DNA of 37,651 bases from a virus (Duplodnaviria > Caudoviricetes), in the IMG/VR virus record IMGVR_UViG_3300020352_000013, positions 1 to 37,651 of that record. The stretch is one strand, 5' to 3'. The notes under the pieces are model-generated. The model did no database searches and had not been told where the DNA came from. It saw only the letters and a program-made list of their open reading frames with translations. Positions within the stretch are counted from its first letter, which is position 1, and every line of letters starts with the position of its first letter. A program made the position numbers and the translations under genes. Below, one piece after another: positions 19,301 through 27,947 of this stretch.

Positions 19301-20897
19301 AGGTATGGAAGCAATTAACTCAGGTATCTCTGACTCTAAAGGCATAGCTAAATATGTTGAAGATAAACTAAGTAAAGTAGTGACTGTTGGTGGACAGGTT
19401 ATGTCTGAAGAAGCTTTAATAAGAGAAGCTGTAAAGCAAGCTGATGACTTAGGTTTAATAGGTCAAAAGTTCGCTAAGAAAAGAGCTGCTCACATTAAGA
19501 AGTATGTTGACGATAACTTTGATGAGGACGCTTCTAACCTTGCAGCTTATGCTCTAGAAGAAGCTAAATACTTCACACACACTAGAGAGTTAGAAGAAGG
19601 GACTTTAGGAAAAGGCATACAAAACCTAACAAAGAACTTTGCGTTTGCTAGATTTGTTCTACCTTTTGTTCGTACTCCTTCAAATCTTTTAAGTTTTGCT
19701 TTAGAGAGGTCTCCCTTGGGATTGCCTTACAGGATTCCAGGTACAAATAAAAAATTGAATGTACCAGGATTAAGGGCAGAAGCGGAAGCTATGAGAGAAG
19801 GATTGAAGTCTAGTGATCCTGTAGTTAAAGCAGCAGCTAGAGGTAAGATTGTAACAGCTTTTACAGCTGCTGGTTTGTTTTACGACATGGTGTTTAATAA
19901 TAATAACACATTTCCAACCGTTACAGGAGGCGGACCTAAAGATGAGAAGCAAAAGAAGATACTAGCGGAGACTGGTTGGAGACCTTACAGCATAAAAATG
20001 GGTGATACATATTACAGTTACCAACGGTTAGACCCAATCGCTACTTTACTAGGCATCAGTGCTGATATGAGTGAGATGATGAAGGAAAATCAAGAAGCTA
20101 ACGAAGAAGGATTGGAGCAAGTAGGTATAGCAATGGCAACAGCTCTAGCTCGTAATGTAGGTAATAAATCTTACCTAGCTGGTGTTCAGTTATGGGCAGA
20201 TGCATTCAAAGACCCAGAAAGATTTGGAGAGAAGTTAGGTAGAAACTATGTTAGTTCTTTTGTTCCTAATGTACTTTCTCAAATGCAAGACTATGATAAG
20301 CAATCTATGAGAGAAGTGAGGAGTATTGCGGATGCTGTTTTGAAAAAAATGCCTGGAGGTAGAGATATGCTTGATCCTAGACGAAATATATTAGGAGAAG
20401 AGAAAATAATTGATTACGGTACAATGGGATTCATTAATCCTGTAGCTACTTCAAAAGAAAAAGATGATGAAGTATTACAGGAAATGGCAGACTTACAATA
20501 TGCGTTCAGGCAACCTAGTCCTAAAGTATCAAACGGTAATGTTGATTTATTAAACTTTGTTAACAATAAAGGAAGAACTGCTTACGATAGAAGTCTTGAT
20601 CTATTACAAACAGTAACAGTAGGTGGACGTACTTTAAGACAGACTTTAAAACGATTGATTAACTCTGCTCAATATCAAAGACTTCCTGGTTTTTCTGCTG
20701 AAGTAGGTGTTGATAGTCCTAGAGTACAAGAGATAACTAAAGTGTTAAGACGATACAGAAAAACAGCTAAAAGAGAAATGTTAAAAGAATTTCCTGATGT
20801 AGCATCACAAATAAATATTGTAGATCGTGCTTTAAAACTTAACAGGCAAGGTGTTAACAGACAAGAAGTGCTTGAACTTTTATCACAAACAAACTAA
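16395..20897 (+). CDS. Large internal virion (gp16-like) protein with HExxH module
   Basis: 1500 aa in the gp16 position; NSILSGPRT, LPFVRTPSN, PYSIK.GD.YYSYQRLDP motifs; internal HELWH...EYFAE. Confidence 0.8.
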   Translation: MEETEEELLRDPTATIGLGGSDTLPKQQTQKAPQVQEKEKEEDLDFFDYAGDIALAPFRGIEGMLNGAYNLADMIAFDVLPDLDTRFLGTSKTTAGSLVEGVAQFASGFVPIFGAAGKIGALAKAGTVARGVAAGAVTDFVAFKGQEDRLSNLIQQFPELQNPVTEFLAHDANESEVEGRLKNVLEGLILEGAIGGTVTLFMKSLRALKAGKKVRDVDGGGADEVNKATSDSLGGGKDFADIPEFKEDTSLIQKELDQDKTRLDELLKKKEEGKATSADETRISMLENRIEGKEADLRVLGDVRTADVKDRVRVAEERELQERVEELDETLEDFDATVERTPRPFKTYEEEAMMDIIPKGADTLKSRLMKKFPIKGADPQDVADVEKFIDVMGKRLFGDVSLSVTNKIPSAGRYNFGNNLLQIRQSVIDEGGIKRTMVHELWHGLSRYLPKTDVTSLTKQFDKARRDYIRSFGVDLDDTVDPSSLLKKTIPKELERFLKGKHTSENYRFKDVDEYFAEEMTDAFLKKLDEKDLAPSGTLKRIAQEVAIMFKDMFASLKSKLGIDQRQKIFNDFLKQRNVTKRAEAPLDFGKTFAEMPDFKPKIKTDPEWQQWTNAVLKGESPTLPRLEVVGDIDSAHKILTEKYANNPELLKKFDEAPADALDEEFAALFEMGAQSIKDRRKIRIESEIFKDLLKGSNERLMKAVKQFEDTESLQSEAALRNQLSEFVEIYDYYRQMGSEDSKNLAMRRQKKPISRKIGLEKSELQNTALVREFINNQAGGMSPKKAVKLIKEMYDPNNPEATIKKVLGIAKKAQGKSLLDMTTEYWINSILSGPRTQAVNLLGNLLTQALGAAEMTAGAVISGNMPLAKAALALSFDWNLYREAFSAAGKTLITGREVLDVGSRTMETSRQAIGESIDFDPLGKGSKNIDRNAINTLGTVINLPARGLLTGDEFFKQIAFRRAARLKAGMEAINSGISDSKGIAKYVEDKLSKVVTVGGQVMSEEALIREAVKQADDLGLIGQKFAKKRAAHIKKYVDDNFDEDASNLAAYALEEAKYFTHTRELEEGTLGKGIQNLTKNFAFARFVLPFVRTPSNLLSFALERSPLGLPYRIPGTNKKLNVPGLRAEAEAMREGLKSSDPVVKAAARGKIVTAFTAAGLFYDMVFNNNNTFPTVTGGGPKDEKQKKILAETGWRPYSIKMGDTYYSYQRLDPIATLLGISADMSEMMKENQEANEEGLEQVGIAMATALARNVGNKSYLAGVQLWADAFKDPERFGEKLGRNYVSSFVPNVLSQMQDYDKQSMREVRSIADAVLKKMPGGRDMLDPRRNILGEEKIIDYGTMGFINPVATSKEKDDEVLQEMADLQYAFRQPSPKVSNGNVDLLNFVNNKGRTAYDRSLDLLQTVTVGGRTLRQTLKRLINSAQYQRLPGFSAEVGVDSPRVQEITKVLRRYRKTAKREMLKEFPDVASQINIVDRALKLNRQGVNRQEVLELLSQTN

Positions 20898-20909
20898 TAA
20901 TAGATTACC

Positions 20910-22886
20910 ATGGCTAATACATACGTAGACTACACAGTTGGAGCAAGTCAGACGGACTTTGCATTCTCATTTCCTTATCTTGATGACACTCACGTAGTTG
21001 TACAGCTAGACGATTCAACAGTTGATTCTCCAGGAGGTAAGTTTTATACTGTTTCTACAGGAGATTATTCTATTATTACATCTCCTTCTGCTCTTATTAG
21101 GTTTTCTTCTGCTCCTGAGACTGGTGCTAGGATAAGGATTAAGAGAGACAGTGCATCTGACACCGCTCTTGTAGACTTTGAGAATGGTAGTGTACTTACT
21201 GAAGTAGAACTAGACCGTGCTTACTTACACAACTTATATCTTAGCGAAGAGATTGAAGAGGGTAGTGGTAAGAACACAATGACTAAAGACCCTGTTGATG
21301 GGAACTATGACGCTGATTTAGCTAAGATTAAAAACCTAGCTGATCCTACAAACCCACAAGATGCAGTAACTAAGAACTACGCAGATACTACCTTTGTTGA
21401 TGTAGCTGGTGATACGATGACAGGTAACTTGGACATGGGTGGTAATAAGGTTACCTCATCTGCTGTCCCTGGTACTGGTAATGATTTAACTAACAAGACT
21501 TATGTAGACGGTCAAGACGCACTACAAGTTACCAAAGCAGGTGACAATATGACAGGTGACTTGGCTATGGGTGGTAACATGGTCAGTGGTTTAGGTGCTC
21601 CTCTTAGTAGTGATCACTCTGCTCGTAAAGGTTATGTAGATGATCAAGACGCTCTTCAAGTTAACAAGAGTGGAGATTCGATGTCAGGTAACTTGGATAT
21701 GCAAACAAATGATATTCAAAACGTTGATAAAGTTACAGGGTTAATTTCCCCTGCTAGTGGTAGTCACGCTACGAATAAGACTTATGTAGACGCTGAGATT
21801 GCTACTTCTTTAGCTACAGGTGTTGCAGGTGGTCCTATCGATACTGTTAACATTGCTTCTTCTGCAATTACTACAGACAAGATCGATGATGATGCTATCA
21901 CTGCTGACAAGCTTGCTAACACTGCTGTTACTCCAGGAGCTTACACTGCCACTAATCTTACAGTAGACGCACAAGGAAGGATCACAGCAGCTGCTAACGG
22001 TAGTGCTTCTCCTTCTGCTGCTGATGTTAAGACTCTTTACGAAAGTAATGCAAACACTAATGAGTATGATGACGCTGAACAAACTAAGCTTGCAGGTATT
22101 GCAACAGGTGCAACAGTTAACTCTAGTGACGCTACTTTATTAGCACGAGCTAATCATACAGGTTCTCAAACCCTATCTACTATTAGTGACGCAGGTACTG
22201 CTGCTGCTAATAATACAGGAGATTTTGCTACAGCGGCTCAAGGTTTGTTAGCTGATAGTGCAGTACAGAACGGTGACAGTAGTTTAGCACTGACTAGTGC
22301 CACAGGTAATGTAAACATGGAAATAGGTGGGGCTGCTGGTTTTAAAGCTTTTATCGATTTAAAAAACCCAAGCACTGATGATTATGATCTTAGAGTTGTA
22401 AGTGATGATATTACTACATTGGATGCAGTTCACACTTCAAGAGCTAGGATCGAAGGTCATAATTCATTAGGGTTGTGTGCTGGTGATACATCAGGTGGTA
22501 CTCCAATTCCTGAAGTTGTTACAATTGAATCTAATGGTATAAAACTAAGAGGCACTGCTACTCAACTAACCTTTGAAGATACAGATGAGATAGGCACTCC
22601 CACAGAAATTGCTGTGTCCATGAACGCAAGAGCATTGAGGTTTGGGTTTCAAGATTCACCTAGTACGCAAGCTTTTGCAGTCTTTGGTAGGAATATTACT
22701 TTAGCTGGAGGTACAGTAGCAGAAATGAACGCTTTAACAGCTGCGGATGGTGCGTTAGAGGGTCAAGTTGCAGTTGTATCTAATGGAAACTCTGGTTCTA
22801 TTTGTCTAGCGATGTACACAGGAACTGCTGGGGCAGGTGGTTCTTGGAAAGTATTAGCTACTCCAGGTTCAGCAATATCAGCTTAA
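20910..22886 (+). CDS. gp17: Tail fibre protein
   Basis: T7 gp17-type N-terminus (FSFPYL...VDFENGSVLTEVELD...EE) followed by fibre repeats. Confidence 0.9.
   Translation: MANTYVDYTVGASQTDFAFSFPYLDDTHVVVQLDDSTVDSPGGKFYTVSTGDYSIITSPSALIRFSSAPETGARIRIKRDSASDTALVDFENGSVLTEVELDRAYLHNLYLSEEIEEGSGKNTMTKDPVDGNYDADLAKIKNLADPTNPQDAVTKNYADTTFVDVAGDTMTGNLDMGGNKVTSSAVPGTGNDLTNKTYVDGQDALQVTKAGDNMTGDLAMGGNMVSGLGAPLSSDHSARKGYVDDQDALQVNKSGDSMSGNLDMQTNDIQNVDKVTGLISPASGSHATNKTYVDAEIATSLATGVAGGPIDTVNIASSAITTDKIDDDAITADKLANTAVTPGAYTATNLTVDAQGRITAAANGSASPSAADVKTLYESNANTNEYDDAEQTKLAGIATGATVNSSDATLLARANHTGSQTLSTISDAGTAAANNTGDFATAAQGLLADSAVQNGDSSLALTSATGNVNMEIGGAAGFKAFIDLKNPSTDDYDLRVVSDDITTLDAVHTSRARIEGHNSLGLCAGDTSGGTPIPEVVTIESNGIKLRGTATQLTFEDTDEIGTPTEIAVSMNARALRFGFQDSPSTQAFAVFGRNITLAGGTVAEMNALTAADGALEGQVAVVSNGNSGSICLAMYTGTAGAGGSWKVLATPGSAISA
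21330..21800 (+). repeat. Degenerate tail-fibre repeats
   Basis: DAVTKNYAD / DLTNKTYVD / HSARKGYVD / HATNKTYVD; the first three each followed by GDxMxGxLxM; coordinates approximate. Confidence 0.8.
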
Positions 22887-22895
22887 TAAAAACTA

Positions 22896-23147
22896 ATGAC
22901 AGAATCAGTATCACACTTCCTCGACACTGCTCTAGCTGTTATTCTAGGAGCTATTGGATGGGTTATAAAAAAGCTATCGGATCGCTTAGAAACAGATGAG
23001 AAGCGATTGACTAAGATAGAAGTAGAACTTGCGACGCAAAGGGAACGAGATACTGCTGTTGAAAACCGTATGACAGGGCTTGAATCTTCCGTTAAAGAGA
23101 TTAACAGTAAATTAGATAGAATGATGGAGATACTTATAAAACGATGA
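22896..23147 (+). CDS. Single-TM plus coiled-coil protein, holin candidate
   Basis: N-terminal hydrophobic helix ALAVILGAIGWVI then heptads; gp17.5 position. Confidence 0.55.
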   Translation: MTESVSHFLDTALAVILGAIGWVIKKLSDRLETDEKRLTKIEVELATQRERDTAVENRMTGLESSVKEINSKLDRMMEILIKR

Positions 23148-23266
23148 AAAAAGGATTATACGCAAATATAAACAGAAGACGTAAGCTAGGCATTAGTCGT
23201 AGCAAAAAGAAGTCTACTATATCACCTAAGTCTTACGCTAATATGAAGCGTGGTTTTAAAAAGTGA
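23144..23266 (+). CDS. 40-aa highly basic peptide (not in ORF track)
   Basis: MKKGLYANINRRRKLGISRSKKKSTISPKSYANMKRGFKK; ATGA and GTGA overlaps with both neighbours. Confidence 0.7.
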   Translation: MKKGLYANINRRRKLGISRSKKKSTISPKSYANMKRGFKK

Positions 23267-23502
23267 GAAGTGTATCGTTATCAATAGGTAGAGGTGAGAA
23301 GAGCAAAAAGGGTGGTCTCACAGCTAAAGGCAGGGCTAAGTATAACAAAGCTACTGGGTCTAAATTAAAAGCCCCTCAACCTGGTGGTGGTCCTCGTAAG
23401 CGTTCCTTCTGTGCTCGCATGAGTGGTAACAAAGGACCAATGAAAGACTCTAAAGGCAGACCTACTAGAAAAGCTTTAGCCCTTAGAAGGTGGAAGTGTT
23501 AG
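23263..23502 (+). CDS. Basic protein, DUF6321-like
   Basis: GGLTAKGRAKYN...RKRSFCARM...ALRRWKC. Confidence 0.7.
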   Translation: MRSVSLSIGRGEKSKKGGLTAKGRAKYNKATGSKLKAPQPGGGPRKRSFCARMSGNKGPMKDSKGRPTRKALALRRWKC

Positions 23503-23724
23503 ATGCCTAGAAGACCTGTAGTCCGTGTTCACCCTCTTACTTTTCAAAGTAGGACTATCGCTGCGTCTGCTGGTGCGGTAGCTACGGACAACAAAGAAAA
23601 AGCAGATACTTTAGAATCACAAGTAGAATCCTTAGAGAATGAACCTTTCTTTGCCATCTTAGACGGTGGTGCTCCAGTAATGGAGGAAACTGATATATTT
23701 GACGGAGGATTAATTGATGCCTAA
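23503..23724 (+). CDS. Hypothetical protein with two C-terminal DGG motifs
   Basis: ...ILDGG...IFDGG...; abuts both neighbours. Confidence 0.65.
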   Translation: MPRRPVVRVHPLTFQSRTIAASAGAVATDNKEKADTLESQVESLENEPFFAILDGGAPVMEETDIFDGGLIDA

Positions 23725-24046
23725 CTTTACGAAACGAATACAACTTAGAAGAGGAGAATCCTCTTTGTGGGAATCCACTAACCCTGTTTTACTAGCTGGT
23801 GAATTTGGGATTGACTTAACTAATAAGCGTGTCAAATTGGGGGACGGTGTCACTACTTGGAACAGTCTTACCTATCTTGGACCAGTGCAGACTGTCGCAG
23901 GGAGAACTGGAAATATCATTCTTCAAAACGATGATGTGTTTGGTTCTGCTTCTCAAGTTAGCTTACACTCAGTAGAAACAGACCTTAGTAATCTTCGTGG
24001 CGAATTAGGTGACATGGATGATTATACGTCAGGATTAACCAACTAA
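23714..24046 (+). CDS. Mtd N-terminal-like domain protein
   Basis: RIQLRRG...W...NPVLLAGEFG.D.....KLGDGVTTWNSL.Y. Confidence 0.8.
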   Translation: MMPNFTKRIQLRRGESSLWESTNPVLLAGEFGIDLTNKRVKLGDGVTTWNSLTYLGPVQTVAGRTGNIILQNDDVFGSASQVSLHSVETDLSNLRGELGDMDDYTSGLTN

Positions 24047-24060
24047 AATGAATATAAATA

Positions 24061-24249
24061 ATGAGCGTATGGTATCAAATGGGACAAGCAGTAAGAAACG
24101 TTTTAACAACTCTATCAAACAAAGCTATATTAGACACAGACAGCAACATCCAAGCTAGGACTGGAGATGAACTAGGAGCGATGGCTTTTGCTACAGACAC
24201 GAGTAAACTCTATGTTTATACAAGTAGTGGTTGGGTACACGCTCAATAA
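24061..24249 (+). CDS. Small fibre-module protein
   Basis: Paralogous to 24291..24548 (QMGQ/QIGT, RTGD..G, YVY...W). Confidence 0.7.
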   Translation: MSVWYQMGQAVRNVLTTLSNKAILDTDSNIQARTGDELGAMAFATDTSKLYVYTSSGWVHAQ

Positions 24250-24251
24250 CT

Positions 24252-24280
24252 TTGACACTTCTTTAATTATAACTTAAAAC
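24252..24280 (+). promoter_or_regulatory. Candidate sigma70 promoter
   Basis: Intergenic TTGACA-17 nt-TAAAAC. Confidence 0.35.
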
Positions 24281-24290
24281 TAAACACACA

Positions 24291-24548
24291 ATGGCAAACA
24301 TTCTACAACAGATCGGTACAGTAGTTAAAAGCAAACTTGATGATAAAGTCGACAAGACTGATGCAACAGGTGATTTTATTAAAGCTGTACTAGGAATAGA
24401 CACTGACACAACAACACCAACAGTTGCACTTGAATCCGATATTACCACAAGAACAGGAGATGCTAACGGCACTTTGTTTTTTGGTTCTGACTCCGCTGAC
24501 TTCTACGTTTATAACGGAGGAACTTGGTATCAATTCAACAACTCTTAA
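24291..24548 (+). CDS. Small fibre-module protein
   Basis: Paralogous to 24061..24249. Confidence 0.7.
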   Translation: MANILQQIGTVVKSKLDDKVDKTDATGDFIKAVLGIDTDTTTPTVALESDITTRTGDANGTLFFGSDSADFYVYNGGTWYQFNNS

Positions 24549-24559
24549 AACAATATAAT

Positions 24560-25366
24560 ATGAGCGATATAGCATTAATTAATGACTCCCAGCAATCTGC
24601 GATTGTTACTAATGGGATAGGTAAGAACGGAGAGATATACATGAAAGCAGCAGGTAGTACGGACGCAGGTGCTCTTGTTGTATATGATAGCGGTAACTGG
24701 AGGAAGTTTGCAGATGAAGCTAGTTCCTTTAGTAACGACTACAGCGTAGACTTTGATGGCACTAATGATTATATGGATGCAGGTAATGTCACAGCAATCA
24801 ACAGCGTAGCTAATGCGTCATATTCATTTTGGTATAAAACTAGTGCGACAGGTAAAGTAGGTCTGATTGGTGGAGGAGTAGGAACTTCCGCTTATCATTG
24901 GAGCGACGGAAATATGTATGTTCACTCTTGGGTTTCCAATCTTTCCCACCCAATTACAATACCCACATTGGGAGCTTGGCATCACATCGTTTGTACTTTT
25001 GAGGCGAGTGGTTCTAAACTGTATCTTGATGGCAGCTTACAAAGTACAGTAGACCACGGTGACACAACTAGCAGCGATGCAGGTACTAATTTTCAAATAG
25101 GTAGAGTGCCTCATTACAGCATACCTGACGGTCAAAAACTTATAGACGAGGTTGCTCTTTTCACCTCTACATTATCATCCTCGGATGTTACAGCAATCTA
25201 CAACTCAGGAGTCCCTGCTGACTTAACTTCGTACTCTCCTGTCGGTTGGTGGAGAATGGGAGATAACGATAGCGGAACAGGTACTACAATCACAGACCAA
25301 GGTAGCGGAGGTAACGACGGTACACTCACAAATGGTCCTACCTTCTCCTCAAGCGTACCTTCCTAA
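24560..25366 (+). CDS. LamG / concanavalin A-like lectin domain protein (copy 1)
   Basis: FDGTNDY, SFW, WHHIV.T, LYLDG, IG, IDEVALF...LS....IYN; ATG 24560 preferred. Confidence 0.88.
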   Translation: MSDIALINDSQQSAIVTNGIGKNGEIYMKAAGSTDAGALVVYDSGNWRKFADEASSFSNDYSVDFDGTNDYMDAGNVTAINSVANASYSFWYKTSATGKVGLIGGGVGTSAYHWSDGNMYVHSWVSNLSHPITIPTLGAWHHIVCTFEASGSKLYLDGSLQSTVDHGDTTSSDAGTNFQIGRVPHYSIPDGQKLIDEVALFTSTLSSSDVTAIYNSGVPADLTSYSPVGWWRMGDNDSGTGTTITDQGSGGNDGTLTNGPTFSSSVPS

Positions 25367-25379
25367 CTTTTAAAATACT

Positions 25380-25613
25380 ATGAGCAGACAATATGTAATA
25401 TTAAACGCATCCGAAGTGGACTCTGTTAACTTTGATGATGTACTAGAAACGAGTGTAGATACTCTTCGTTATAGCGTAGACGGTTCAGAAACCTTTGTTA
25501 AATATGAAGGAGCTAAACCTAGAAGCCTATACGGTAAAGATACACTTTCACACACTGCTATGCTTACCGTATTAAACGGTGAAGCTTGGACACAAGAACT
25601 TGAGGAACTATAA
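25380..25613 (+). CDS. Small LamG-partner protein (copy 1)
   Basis: YVI...VNF..VLETS..TLRY...G..TFVKYEG..P...W; paralog of 26423. Confidence 0.8.
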   Translation: MSRQYVILNASEVDSVNFDDVLETSVDTLRYSVDGSETFVKYEGAKPRSLYGKDTLSHTAMLTVLNGEAWTQELEEL

Positions 25614-25616
25614 GAA

Positions 25617-26414
25617 ATGGCTACTTTAAATACAGTTACATCTTCCACTCGCCCAGCATCTCCTACAGCAGGGGAAGCTTACTTTGAAACAGATACTAAT
25701 AAGATCGTAGTTTGGAATGGTTCGTCCTGGACGGAGATTGTTTCCGACGGTACTTTGAGTTCTTACAGTAATGCATACAGCGTAAGCTTTGATGGTACTA
25801 ATGACTACATTCAACTCCCCAATGGTGTATTAAGCACATTTACAGGTACTGCCTACACGATAAGCATGTGGTACAACTTAGATGTGGTTGGAAGTTATCA
25901 AGAAATTTTTACTGCTGGTAGTAATTTGCAAATATACTTTAGACCTAGAACTACACAGGTAGGACTAGAACTTTACGTTAATGGAGCGGGTAGGATAATT
26001 CAACCCTCTCCATATAGTAATGTGGGTTCATGGGTACATGGTTGTATTTCAGTCGATACGACAGGCACAAGTACAATGTACATTAATGGTTCTTTTAGTG
26101 CTTCTTCTCCTAGTGTACCTCAACCTACTAGCGTTTCAAATCCTGTAATAGGGTCTTTTAATGGAGCGAGTAACTTTTTGAACGGATTGGTTGATGAGGT
26201 AGCTATTTTCAACTCAGCCCTTTCCGCATCCAATGTAACAGCAATTTACAATAGCGGAGTACCTAATGACATCTCATCTCTCAGTCCTGTAAATTGGTGG
26301 AGAATGGGTGAAAACGATGGTGGCAGTGGCACTACAATTACAGACCAAGGCAGCGGTTCTAACGATGGAACACTTACTAACGGTCCTACATTCTCAAGTT
26401 CAGTCCCTAGCTAA
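25617..26414 (+). CDS. LamG / concanavalin A-like lectin domain protein (copy 2)
   Basis: Same motifs as copy 1, near-identical C-terminus. Confidence 0.88.
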   Translation: MATLNTVTSSTRPASPTAGEAYFETDTNKIVVWNGSSWTEIVSDGTLSSYSNAYSVSFDGTNDYIQLPNGVLSTFTGTAYTISMWYNLDVVGSYQEIFTAGSNLQIYFRPRTTQVGLELYVNGAGRIIQPSPYSNVGSWVHGCISVDTTGTSTMYINGSFSASSPSVPQPTSVSNPVIGSFNGASNFLNGLVDEVAIFNSALSASNVTAIYNSGVPNDISSLSPVNWWRMGENDGGSGTTITDQGSGSNDGTLTNGPTFSSSVPS

Positions 26415-26422
26415 TAACAATT

Positions 26423-26653
26423 ATGAACAGAAACTATGTAATCATTGACGCAGCAGATGTTTCATCTGTTAACTTTTCTCAAGTCCTTGAAACCTCAGCA
26501 TCTACCCTTAGGTATAATGTTGCAGGGGACAAGACCTTTGTTAAGTATGAGGGTGTTATGCCTTCGTTCTTAGCTGGTAAGGACGCTTACAATCACTCTG
26601 AGATTCTTGCAATCTTGGGTGGTGAAGAGTGGACACAGGAGATGGAATTTTAA
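26423..26653 (+). CDS. Small LamG-partner protein (copy 2)
   Basis: Paralog of 25380..25613. Confidence 0.8.
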   Translation: MNRNYVIIDAADVSSVNFSQVLETSASTLRYNVAGDKTFVKYEGVMPSFLAGKDAYNHSEILAILGGEEWTQEMEF

Positions 26654-26701
26654 TTAGGAGTTACATCCTATACTTAACAATAACTAAAAACATATAATAC
26701 T

Positions 26702-27940
26702 ATGCCAGTAGATAATACATCTATATTCTATAAAATCGGTCAGTCTACAAAGTCTGCGATTGCTGTAGAAGAAACAAGAGCATTGGCTGCAGAAGCAGTC
26801 TTGCAAACGAACATCACCGCTGAAGCTTCTTCAAGAGCCAGTGCTGATACTACCCTTCAAAGCAATATCGACAGCGAAGCTTCAAGCCGTTCGTCTGCTG
26901 ATACTACGTTGCAAAGCAACATTACTGCTGAAGCTTCTTCGAGAACTTCTGCTGACTCTGCTTTACAAAGTGAAATCGACGCTACTCAAAGTGGTGCTGG
27001 TCTTGGAACTGGTGGTTCTTATACTGCTAACGCTTCTACTAACTACCTTACTTCCGTAGGTAACTTGGTTGCAGCTGACGAAGCTCTTGACGCACAATCT
27101 AAAACAAATGCTGACGCTATCTCTTCTGAAGCTAGCTCAAGAGCATCTGCTGATTCCGCTTTACAAGCTGAGATTGACGCTGAAGAAACAGCTCGTGCAG
27201 CTGCCGACAGTACTCTTCAATCGAACATTACTAGTGAAGCTTCCTCCAGAGCCAGTGCTGACTCAACTTTACAGAGCAACATTGATTCTGAAGAGACTGC
27301 TAGACAATCTGCTGACTCCACGCTTCAAACAAACATTGATGACGAAGAATCCGCTAGGCAATCCGCTGACACAACCTTACAGTCAAACATTGACTCCGAG
27401 GAAACTGCTCGTATAGCTGCTGTTTCTGGTGAAGCTACTGCACGTAGTTCTGCTGATACAACACTTCAAAGTAACATTGATAGTGAAGCTTCAACAGCTC
27501 GTGCTGCTGAGTCTAACCTTAACACTGTTAAAGCTAACCTTGCTGGTGCTGCTTTTACTGGTGCTGTAAGTGGTACTGATCTTACCCTTAGTGGTAACTT
27601 GACTGTTAACGGTACAACTACTTCCGTTCAAACCACTAACTCCGAGATTAAGGATTCGATTCTTTTAATCAATGACGGAGCTGCTGGTTCATCGAACAAT
27701 GCAAACGACGCTGGTCTTATTATCGAACGTGGTACTGGAGACGGTGGAAACATCGCTGCTATCTACGACGAAGGTGAAGACATGTTTGCTTTCTATAAAA
27801 CATCCGCTGGTTCTAGTTCTGTTGACATCTCTGATGATGACTCAAGTGCTGAACTTATCGACGTTAACTGTAACGACGTGGTTCTTGGAGACGGTAACAA
27901 TCTTGGTGATTTAGCAGACTTTACTGCTGCAATGGCTTAA
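26702..27940 (+). CDS. Fibrous protein with 18-aa coiled-coil repeats and fibre-type C-terminal domain
   Basis: EASSRASADxTLQSNI repeats; LTLSGNLTVNGTTT...D..I.IN...AGLIIERG. Confidence 0.8.
   Translation: MPVDNTSIFYKIGQSTKSAIAVEETRALAAEAVLQTNITAEASSRASADTTLQSNIDSEASSRSSADTTLQSNITAEASSRTSADSALQSEIDATQSGAGLGTGGSYTANASTNYLTSVGNLVAADEALDAQSKTNADAISSEASSRASADSALQAEIDAEETARAAADSTLQSNITSEASSRASADSTLQSNIDSEETARQSADSTLQTNIDDEESARQSADTTLQSNIDSEETARIAAVSGEATARSSADTTLQSNIDSEASTARAAESNLNTVKANLAGAAFTGAVSGTDLTLSGNLTVNGTTTSVQTTNSEIKDSILLINDGAAGSSNNANDAGLIIERGTGDGGNIAAIYDEGEDMFAFYKTSAGSSSVDISDDDSSAELIDVNCNDVVLGDGNNLGDLADFTAAMA
26770..27510 (+). repeat. 54-bp / 18-aa tandem repeat in two blocks
   Basis: About a dozen E(A/E)(S/T)xRxSAD(T/S)xLQxNI units, interrupted by GAGLGTGGSY...; coordinates approximate. 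Confidence 0.85.
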
Positions 27941-27947
27941 GACTGTC

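Noticed and set aside
23714-26653. Diversity-generating retroelement suggested by the Mtd_N-like domain and duplicated C-termini
   Set aside because: No reverse transcriptase; both copies are coding, and differences are largely synonymous rather than adenine-specific.
26770-27510. CRISPR-like array
   Set aside because: Repeats are degenerate, in-frame and coding, with no spacers and no cas genes.
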